Below, piece after piece: positions 27,207 through 34,246 of a stretch of 34,246 nt of DNA. How positions within the stretch are numbered: the stretch's first letter is position 1; the number at the start of each line of letters is the position of its first letter. Source of the stretch: Leptolyngbyaceae cyanobacterium (GTDB lineage: Bacteria > Cyanobacteriota > Cyanobacteriia > Phormidesmidales > Phormidesmidaceae); the NCBI GenBank assembly GCA_050331235.1, contig JBHJHA010000062.1, forward strand, positions 1-34,246. The letters run 5' to 3'. The notes beneath the pieces are model-generated. The model worked only from the letters and a program-made list of their open reading frames with translations, was not told where the DNA came from and ran no database searches. A program made the position numbers and the translations under genes.

Positions 27207-28018
27207 AGATATTGTCCCTTTTTCAGTAACATCAAGGCGTCTAGGGTAAAGATGGGACGCCACCAAGGCAAGTCGGGATAGGGATTTGGCAAGCTACCAT
27301 CTGGCTTGAAGGCTGATAGGACGGTTGTCGCAGCAGCGTTCACTGTATCTGTATTCACATAATCTTGGGCGTAGTACCAATAGCGGCTAAACAGGGGAAA
27401 ATGATCGGCGTGCGCTTGCAAAACTCCGGGCAACTGGCCGCAGAGCTGGTGAAAGCTTTGTTGATCTTGGGGTAACTGTTGATGGGCGCTGAGATAGGCG
27501 AACTGCGGATAGCTGTAGAAGGTGATGGCATCCGGTTCTGGCATCTGTTGATAGTACTCCCAGGCGCGGGCAAAAAAGGTCGGTTGGGCTTCTTGCCAAG
27601 GATGGAGTTGGGCGGCCAAAACGAGGACTCGATTGGTGTCGTCACCACTCCACCATGGTTGATGGGGATAGCGCTCAAAGTCCTTGGGAGGATGCTGCAT
27701 CCCCCCCTGTGCAGTTTGATTTTGCTCGAGACAGTCCAGCAGGGGCAAGATTATTTCTGACTCTTGATCATCGAGCATATCCAGCACAAACAGGGCCGTC
27801 TCAGCACCAATGGCGGAGCTTCCCGGGCAGAGTAAATCAGGCTCGAGACCGTTACCAAAGCCGCCATCCGCATTTTGGTATGCCAGCAAAGCTTTGAGGC
27901 AAGCTTCGCAGCTCCCCTCTTCAAAAAAGTAGCGATACAGCTGGCGCTCTAACAGTCGGCCTTCGCGAAAGATGAGCGCTTTAATATTCGCCAGTTGCTC
28001 GTCCGTCAGAGATAGCAT
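27203..28018 (-). CDS. prenyltransferase/squalene-cyclase-repeat (alpha-alpha toroid) hypothetical protein
   Basis: QW-like repeats YQNADGGFG, NQTAQGG, AFKPDGS; GRLLERQLY and GLEPDL motifs. Confidence 0.7.
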   Translation of the reverse strand: MLSLTDEQLANIKALIFREGRLLERQLYRYFFEEGSCEACLKALLAYQNADGGFGNGLEPDLLCPGSSAIGAETALFVLDMLDDQESEIILPLLDCLEQNQTAQGGMQHPPKDFERYPHQPWWSGDDTNRVLVLAAQLHPWQEAQPTFFARAWEYYQQMPEPDAITFYSYPQFAYLSAHQQLPQDQQSFHQLCGQLPGVLQAHADHFPLFSRYWYYAQDYVNTDTVNAAATTVLSAFKPDGSLPNPYPDLPWWRPIFTLDALMLLKKGQYL

Positions 28019-28161
28019 TTGAGGTTGGCCTCACAGGGGGGCAGCGCGATCGCTCAAACTGTACCGAGCGTTTGTCCCCACGGCCCGGAATTGCCCGAAA
28101 ACATTCACAATTACCCAGGGTTGATGTTCGAGGTTTGACTCTCCCCAGGAGCGGGATTGCG

Positions 28162-28935
28162 CTAAAACTGGTCTTTCTTTCCCCGCAATCGGGCAAAAGT
28201 GCGGATTGGATCAGTCGTCTGCATTTGTTTTTGCAGGATCGGCGCATCCCACCGGAGAAAGGGGTTCAGTTGTTTTTCGAGTCCGAGTTGGGTCGGGATG
28301 GTGGCAACTCCCTGGTTTCGGGCTGCTTGGACTGTGGCTAATTGCTGCTGCAGGACGGCATTGTCGGGGTCAACCGTCAGCGCAAACTGTAAATTTTTCA
28401 GCGTATATTCGTGGGCGCACCAAACTCGAGTGTGATCAGGCAGCGATCGCAGCTTGCCTAAAGAGCTCACCATTTGCTGGGGTGTGCCTTCAAACAAGCG
28501 ACCGCAACCGCCGGCAAATAACGTGTCGCCGCAAAACAACTCCCCCCAGTCGTCACCCTTTACGGGTGGAAAGTAGTAAGCAATGTGGGCTTTAGTATGG
28601 CCGGGAACGAAGTATACATGTCCCGACCGGCCGGCAAAGGTAACCGTAACGCCCTCTGATAAATAGACCTGTTGACCCGGAATCCGCCCCCGATCAGCCA
28701 CGCCCCCGTAGATGACAACCTCTGGGAACTGCTGCTGTAGATGCCGATTAGCCCCAACATGGTCCGCGAGGTGATGGGTATTAAAAATCGTGGTTAATTT
28801 TGCACCATGTCGAGCTAGTGCTTGCAGTACAGGGTCGGGCTCCGCTGGGTCAACGACAGCGGCGGTCTGCTGTGCGGAATCGTACAACAAGAAAATGTAG
28901 TTGTCAGACAGCGCCGGCAGGCGGGAAATTTCCAT
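28162..28935 (-). CDS. gloB: hydroxyacylglutathione hydrolase (glyoxalase II)
   Basis: [54 protein letters not shown]; metal motif reads THHLADH. ATG 28935. Confidence 0.93.
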   Translation of the reverse strand: MEISRLPALSDNYIFLLYDSAQQTAAVVDPAEPDPVLQALARHGAKLTTIFNTHHLADHVGANRHLQQQFPEVVIYGGVADRGRIPGQQVYLSEGVTVTFAGRSGHVYFVPGHTKAHIAYYFPPVKGDDWGELFCGDTLFAGGCGRLFEGTPQQMVSSLGKLRSLPDHTRVWCAHEYTLKNLQFALTVDPDNAVLQQQLATVQAARNQGVATIPTQLGLEKQLNPFLRWDAPILQKQMQTTDPIRTFARLRGKKDQF

Positions 28936-29295
28936 ACAGCATCCGTCATTGCATTCAGCTTTCAGTGTAGTGGACACTGAGCGCATTGACAGTCAACGGC
29001 GAGGATACTCAAAGCTCACCCAAATCTGGCTCTGTAAAAGTTCTGAGAAGCGCCTATGAAGGCTCGATATAATCAGTACCCCTCCCGATTACAGTTTCCT
29101 GGTCGAGCATGTAGCCTGTGCATAACAAGCGACACGGGTTTCTCGATTTACCTTGGCGACGTTGTGCAGGTCTATCTGTAGGGCTATCGCACCTGAAGCT
29201 GCGCTAAACAAAACCGCCGGAATTTATTGGCGAGACTCTGTGACGCTGTCCGTGTTCCTGTATCTGATATCACGTTTGTGGAGGGTGAGACGGTT

Positions 29296-29499
29296 ATGGT
29301 TTCTGCCGCACATCAACACCAATCTGGCATTCAAGTGCTAGTGCAAAATGCTGTCAAAGCCCGTCAACTGAGTCGCCGGGAGCACCTCAAACTGACCTCT
29401 GCCATGTTATCGGATCCGGGAATGCCCCCGTCTGATCGCTTCCATATCAACCGACTGCTCGACTACGTTCGCGTTGGCAAAGTCGACCTGATTGACTAA
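29296..29499 (+). CDS. small cyanobacterial hypothetical protein (67 aa)
   Basis: MVSAAHQ...[15 protein letters not shown]...[19 protein letters not shown]-like GGAGGG upstream; stop overlaps the mutS stop. Confidence 0.7.
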   Translation: MVSAAHQHQSGIQVLVQNAVKARQLSRREHLKLTSAMLSDPGMPPSDRFHINRLLDYVRVGKVDLID

Positions 29500-32225
29500 A
29501 CGCTAAAAATATCGAGCTGTTCTTCGGCGGTATCTTCTTGGACGCTGCGGCGTTTGCGGCGTCGACCGTTGCCGTTGAACTGAGCCCCTTGCCGCAGCCC
29601 GACCGCAATTTTGCTATGTTGCTCGATTTGAGCCATCACCTCACGAGCTCGCTGAATGACCGTGGGTGGCAACCCGGCTAGGCGACCTGCTTCGATGCCG
29701 TAAGAGCGATCGGCACCACCGGGACGGACCTGATGTAAAAAGACGATCTGGTCGGGCATCTCTTTGACCGTAACTTGATAATTCGCTACGTTGCCCAAAA
29801 TGGCCGCCAGCTCGTTGAGCTCATGATAATGGGTGGCAAAAATAGTGCGAGCATGGACTTCACTAGCTAGATATTCCGCGACGGACCAGGCAATGGAGAG
29901 GCCATCAAAGGTCGCTGTCCCTCGACCAATCTCATCGAGCAGCACCAGCGATCGCTCACTGGCATGGTTCAAAATATTGGCGGTTTCGTTAATCTCGACC
30001 ATAAACGTAGATTGACCGGTAGCTAAGTCGTCCACCGCGCCCACGCGCGTGAAGATGCGATCGCAGCTCCCCATGCGGGCCGATTGCGCTGGGACAAAAC
30101 TGCCCACCTGAGCCATTAGTTGAATTAATCCTACCTGTCGCAAATAGCAGCTTTTGCCGCTAGCATTGGGACCCGTCAGAATAATCAGGTCGGGAAAGGG
30201 ACGGTAGTCCATACCTGGCGGAGCGGTCTGGGTTGCCGCTGGGGGGAGAGTCTGAGCGCTGCCGTTAATGGCCGATCCACCGAGATGGGTTGCATTGGGC
30301 ACAAAGAAGCCGGCGGGCAGCAACTGTTCTACAACGGGATGTCGCCCCTCTGCGATCGCTACCTCGCGGCTGTCGATCATCTCAGGACAGCAATAGCCCT
30401 GGTAAATGGCGACTTCGGCCAGGCCGGCCAACACATCAGCTGCGGCGACGCCCCGGGCTATCTGGCGAATGAGGTCGGCATGGTGACCCACCAATTCTCG
30501 TAACTGCTGAAAGATCTCATATTCCAGACTGTGAATTTGCTCCTGCGTATTGAAGACACGGGCTTCCCGCTCTTTGAGTTCGGGGGTGATGTAGCGTTCT
30601 TCGTTGGTCAGGGTTTGTTTGCGAATGTAGTCCTCCGGGGCTTGGTCGGATTTGCTGCGAGAAATACCGATGTAGTAGCCAAAGGCTTTGTTGAAGCCGA
30701 CTTTTAAGGTGGAAATGCCAGTGCGCTGGCGTTCTGAGGGCTCTAGTTGAGCAATCCAGTCCTGATCGCCTTTGACCTGATCGCGCAAGTTGTCTAGTTC
30801 GGGATTGACGCCTGGACGAATGAGATTGCCCTCGGTGAGATATAGCGGCGGACTTTCCACTAGGTGCGATCGCAATGTATCGCCGAGCTGCTCTAACTCG
30901 GGCGGTACTGTCTGCAAAGCTTGCAAATAAGGGGAATGGGCAACCTCCACCAGTGCGGCCAAAATTGGCAAGCGCGCAAAAGAGTCGGCCAGGGCCACCA
31001 AATCACGGCCATTTGCGGTGCCAGAGCCGGCTCGCCCCGCCAGTCGTTCTAAATCGTAGATTTGCTTGAGCTGTTGCTGTAGGGCGGTGCGCAGGGTGCC
31101 GTTGTCTACCAGCTCGTGGATAGTTGCCTGTCGCTCTTGAATTTGCTCAACGGAGAGTAGCGGTTGTAGCAGCCAGCGGCGTAGGGTACGTCCGCCCATG
31201 GCGGTGACCGTACGGTCTAACGCCCACAGCAAAGAACCGTTGTAGGTGCCATCGCGACAGGTTTGGGTAATTTCGAGATTGCGCCGGGTTTGATAGTCCA
31301 GCACGAGAAAGTCACTGAGCATGTAGGTGCTGAGCAGTTGCAGCGGCACGTGGGTTTCTTTTTGGGTATCTTCCAGATACTCCAATAGGCCACCCGCCGC
31401 TCGAACGGCAAGCGGTAAATGTTCGCAGCCGATGCCTTCGAGCGATCGCAAGCGAAACGTCTGCAGCAACCGCTGCCGCGCCTCAGTGTGAGAAAACGCC
31501 CCCTGCGATCGTAGGGTGTAGCAAAACTGTCGGGGCAGGCAGTCCGGTAGCTGGTCGGAGGCTTCGCCGGGTCGGAGCATGGCCCGTAAATCAGGCGCAT
31601 CGGTTGGCAGCAGAGTCTCTGAGGGCTGCAGCCGCATTAGCTCTTGCCCAACCTGCTCAAGGTCGGTGTGCTGCGTGGTGAAAAATTCGCCCGTGGAGAC
31701 ATCGGCATAGGCCAATCCCCAGTGCTGCCCAGCCATCACTACCGCCGCCAAAAAGTTGTTGCGACGGGCACTCAGCATCCCCTCTTCCAGGATGGTGCCC
31801 GGCGTAATCACCCGCGTCACTTCCCGCTTCACTAGGCCCTGGGCCAGGGCCGGATCTTCAACTTGATCACAAATGGCGATCGCGTAGCCTTTTTCCACCA
31901 GTTGGGCACAGTAGCGACCAAGCGCATGATGAGGAATGCCGGCCATCGGCACCCGCCCCACGGCTTTGCCCGCTTCTTTGCTGGTGAGCACAAGCTCTAG
32001 CTCCCGCGCAATGGTGATGCCATCTTGAAAGAAGGTTTCAAAAAAGTCGCCCACTCGATACAGCAGCAGCGCATGGGGATACTCCTGCTTAACCTGCACA
32101 TAGTGGCGCATCATCGGCGTTAGGTCGTCCGCATTGACATCCTGGCAGTTGGCATAGCGAACGGTGTGTTTTGCCAAGCGCTCAGGAATGCCATGATTGG
32201 CTTCGTTTTCGGCAGACGCGACCAT
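29496..32225 (-). CDS. mutS: DNA mismatch repair protein MutS
   Basis: [16 protein letters not shown], Walker [27 protein letters not shown], Walker [23 protein letters not shown]; clamp-binding-like QLDIF at the C-terminus. ATG 32225 preferred. Confidence 0.98.
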   Translation of the reverse strand: MVASAENEANHGIPERLAKHTVRYANCQDVNADDLTPMMRHYVQVKQEYPHALLLYRVGDFFETFFQDGITIARELELVLTSKEAGKAVGRVPMAGIPHHALGRYCAQLVEKGYAIAICDQVEDPALAQGLVKREVTRVITPGTILEEGMLSARRNNFLAAVVMAGQHWGLAYADVSTGEFFTTQHTDLEQVGQELMRLQPSETLLPTDAPDLRAMLRPGEASDQLPDCLPRQFCYTLRSQGAFSHTEARQRLLQTFRLRSLEGIGCEHLPLAVRAAGGLLEYLEDTQKETHVPLQLLSTYMLSDFLVLDYQTRRNLEITQTCRDGTYNGSLLWALDRTVTAMGGRTLRRWLLQPLLSVEQIQERQATIHELVDNGTLRTALQQQLKQIYDLERLAGRAGSGTANGRDLVALADSFARLPILAALVEVAHSPYLQALQTVPPELEQLGDTLRSHLVESPPLYLTEGNLIRPGVNPELDNLRDQVKGDQDWIAQLEPSERQRTGISTLKVGFNKAFGYYIGISRSKSDQAPEDYIRKQTLTNEERYITPELKEREARVFNTQEQIHSLEYEIFQQLRELVGHHADLIRQIARGVAAADVLAGLAEVAIYQGYCCPEMIDSREVAIAEGRHPVVEQLLPAGFFVPNATHLGGSAINGSAQTLPPAATQTAPPGMDYRPFPDLIILTGPNASGKSCYLRQVGLIQLMAQVGSFVPAQSARMGSCDRIFTRVGAVDDLATGQSTFMVEINETANILNHASERSLVLLDEIGRGTATFDGLSIAWSVAEYLASEVHARTIFATHYHELNELAAILGNVANYQVTVKEMPDQIVFLHQVRPGGADRSYGIEAGRLAGLPPTVIQRAREVMAQIEQHSKIAVGLRQGAQFNGNGRRRKRRSVQEDTAEEQLDIFSV

Positions 32226-32388
32226 AACCCTCTCAGGATGCACAAATGTTCCTACTGATTGTAGGGCGCGCCTTTGGATGTGTGAGCCATCTTCGATAAG
32301 TATTCAGATCTAGTAACAGCGAGGGTGGGCGATCGTTGGAAAAATGGGCGATCGCTCTTTACTGCTTTCTGCGATTAGCTTTCACAAA

Positions 32389-32748
32389 TCACCAGGCATC
32401 AGAACCATAGGGTTCTAATAGGAGATACAGACCGTCTAAGATCTGGCGGATGCGCTGAGGTGAGAGCGTACCAATTTTTTCGCCTAGCTGATTGCGGTCT
32501 ACGGTAAAAATTTGAGATATATTGACGACACTTTGTTTGGGAAGATTGGCTTCTCCAGGTTTAAGTAGAACGTTGCCAGGAGCGTTGGCGCGTCTCAAGT
32601 TTGAAGTGAGTGCACAAACGACGACAGTTCTAATGTTGCTGTCGTTAAAGGCATTGTTCTGAACAATGACGTGAGGATGCTGATAGCCGGGAGCTGAGCC
32701 GATGGGGTCGCCTAGATCAACCCAATAAATGTCGCCTTGGTTTACCAT
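32389..32748 (-). CDS. type II toxin, PemK/MazF family endoribonuclease
   Basis: QGDIYWVDL....GS.PGY.HP.VIVQNN.FN.S.I.TVVVCALTSNL...APGNV...SVVNISQI.TVD. Confidence 0.93.
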   Translation of the reverse strand: MVNQGDIYWVDLGDPIGSAPGYQHPHVIVQNNAFNDSNIRTVVVCALTSNLRRANAPGNVLLKPGEANLPKQSVVNISQIFTVDRNQLGEKIGTLSPQRIRQILDGLYLLLEPYGSDAW

Positions 32749-32999
32749 TCGCCTTCAACAATGTGGCGATGGCTGATGCGCGTGGCTTGGATGAAACGCA
32801 TTTCGTCATCGTCGAGACCATCATCATAGGCAGCATTGATTTGAGCTGTCAGATCCTGTCGGTCTTGGTGGCGACGGACGAAGTCTTGTAGCGCCAGGGT
32901 CACAAGTTGGGGCCAAGAAATATCGAGTGCTTCGGCAAGTGCTTGGGTATCGCTCAATAGCGACTCTTGGATGGAGAAACTATTGGATTGGTCGGCCAT
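32742..32999 (-). CDS. cognate antitoxin (ribbon-helix-helix type)
   Basis: 85 aa; strand-helix-helix N-terminus (SFSIQESLL...LAEALDIS..QLV..ALQDFV); ITAQINAAY-like core and C-terminal EW; overlaps the toxin start by 7 nt. Confidence 0.8.
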   Translation of the reverse strand: MADQSNSFSIQESLLSDTQALAEALDISWPQLVTLALQDFVRRHQDRQDLTAQINAAYDDGLDDDEMRFIQATRISHRHIVEGEW

Positions 33000-33082
33000 G
33001 ATTTTAGGAGCTGATTTGGGCGACTATCTGAAGTTTAGCGAAGGGAGTGGATGGTAAAGGGGTGAGATCGCCATTCACTTTG

Positions 33083-33307
33083 TCATGAGGCTACGGTCAG
33101 GGTAATGCGTTCACGATCAGCGGCGTAGCTCAGGCAAGCCAGGATGTCGGCTCGAGTCAGGTAGGGAAAGTCCTCAAGGATTTCGTCGTAAGTTATGCCA
33201 GACACCAGGTATTCCAAGACATCGTAGACGGTGATACGCATGCCACGGATGCAGGGTTTGTCGCCACGCTTACCAGGTTCGATGGTGATGATGTCTTGGT
33301 AACGCAC
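33083..33307 (-). CDS. DUF433 domain protein (antitoxin-like, orphan)
   Basis: ITIEPGKRGDKPCIRGMRITVYDVLEYL.SG....EILEDFPYLT..DI.ACL.YAA; GTG start. Confidence 0.92.
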   Translation of the reverse strand: MRYQDIITIEPGKRGDKPCIRGMRITVYDVLEYLVSGITYDEILEDFPYLTRADILACLSYAADRERITLTVAS

Positions 33308-33588
33308 GGCTATGAATTGAGGTTTTGCGGCAATCGCCTTCTATTTGCCCCAGTTCCCTGCACCGCGATTGAACTTCATGCTCTGCATGAGATCTTTTTA
33401 TCTTCAGTAGAAACACTTATTTTCAGTGATCCCTCTCACATAAATCAATATGCCCTAATGATAGCAATGTATTTACATTTAAACTCAACACACTAGTGTT
33501 TGACCTGACTTCAGTAGTCTGACTAAACATTAGTATTCTCGGAGCAAGCCTTTAGAGCTGTTTTCTCAAACCTTTAGCGCTGTTGTAT

Positions 33589-34050
33589 ATGGATTCAAAT
33601 CAGGTACGTCCGATGCTACCTCCTGCAGCATTCATGAATTATGCCACTTTTGACGATAAGAATGATGAAGGCTTATTGAGCAACATACGTGAGAAGCTCA
33701 GCAGAGAGGTCAGAGCACTAACAGGAGCAGAGTTTCAAATATTTCAAGATAAAAAAGATATTTCCTGGGGGCAAGAATGGCAAAAGCGCATTGATTCTTC
33801 CCTAGAGACATCTACTTTCCTAGTCGCATTTATTACTCCCAGTTTTCTCAACAGCAAATATTGCCGCGAGGAATTAGAAAGGTTTTTGGAGAAAGAATCT
33901 CGCTTGGGGTTAAGCGAGCTTTTTTTACCTATCTACTATATTCGATGCGACCAAATAGAAGAACAGACCCTCATTTCGGACTATCTTGTCACTGAGATAT
34001 CAAAACGACAAATGTTTAGTTGGGTTTCGGGGAGTCGCTTATCAATGTAG
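33589..34050 (+). CDS. TIR-domain protein, apparently truncated or frameshifted at the C-terminus
   Basis: AFMNY...IFQD..DI.WGQ.W..RI...L..STFLV.FITPSFL.S.YCREEL (catalytic-type Glu retained)...LPIYY. ATG 33589 or 33613; AT-rich; a second frame is open from 34020 to the window end. Confidence 0.85.
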   Translation: MDSNQVRPMLPPAAFMNYATFDDKNDEGLLSNIREKLSREVRALTGAEFQIFQDKKDISWGQEWQKRIDSSLETSTFLVAFITPSFLNSKYCREELERFLEKESRLGLSELFLPIYYIRCDQIEEQTLISDYLVTEISKRQMFSWVSGSRLSM

Positions 34051-34246
34051 AGAGTAAAGCTTTAGATCTGTCGAACAATAACGAATTCTATCTTTTTCCG
34101 ACAAACAATATTTTTTTCTTGAGGACGGTTCGCTTTGAAGATGACTCAATACATGTGTCAGCTAGGTTGCATGAGATAAGGGAGTTATACACTACCGGCC
34201 AAAACGAGGCTAGATTCTCATCATGCGAATATGTTGACGCATATGT

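Larger units (their letters stand above)
32..32355. repeat. HIP1 highly iterated palindrome GCGATCGC, dispersed
   Basis: Roughly 45 exact copies by eye (e.g. 32-39, ~1088, ~5954, ~10061, ~17963, ~24364, 32348-32355); only about one is expected by chance in 34 kb. None inside the IS1 or after 32355. Confidence 0.95.

Noticed and set aside
33296..33496. 66-aa plus-strand ORF between DUF433 and TIR
   Set aside because: TTG start overlapping the DUF433 start, no motif; likely divergent promoter DNA.

Overview
Cyanobacterial chromosomal DNA, judged from roughly 45 copies of the HIP1 octamer GCGATCGC (eye count) and from pcyA, txlA and a NIL-domain ferredoxin. The gene content resembles filamentous Leptolyngbya/Nodosilinea-type genomes, which is an inference. 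Most of the window is core or conserved genes: a 2OG-Fe(II) oxygenase, CapA-family and SH3b envelope proteins, an orphan amino-DNA methyltransferase, a 2Fe-2S ferredoxin, an alpha/beta-hydrolase fold protein, an ABC1/UbiB kinase, a FetB-like permease, polA, two DUF697 GTPase paralogues, pcyA, gmk, txlA, gloB and mutS. Accessory DNA consists of a decayed 834-bp IS1 (22799-23632) and, beyond the mutS promoter, a HIP1-free islet with a MazF/PemK toxin-antitoxin pair, an orphan DUF433 gene and an AT-rich TIR-domain gene that breaks off into a second open frame running out of the window. The best leads are: (i) the TIR/TA islet; (ii) a consensus sigma70 promoter followed by a ~100-nt rod-like hairpin and a terminator-like hairpin (6534-6743), a candidate undescribed sRNA or leader; (iii) the GTPase/pseudo-GTPase DUF697 pair; (iv) several normally conserved motif residues changed by single-base substitutions. 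No rRNA, tRNA or CRISPR array was seen. All family calls come from motif recognition, not database searches.
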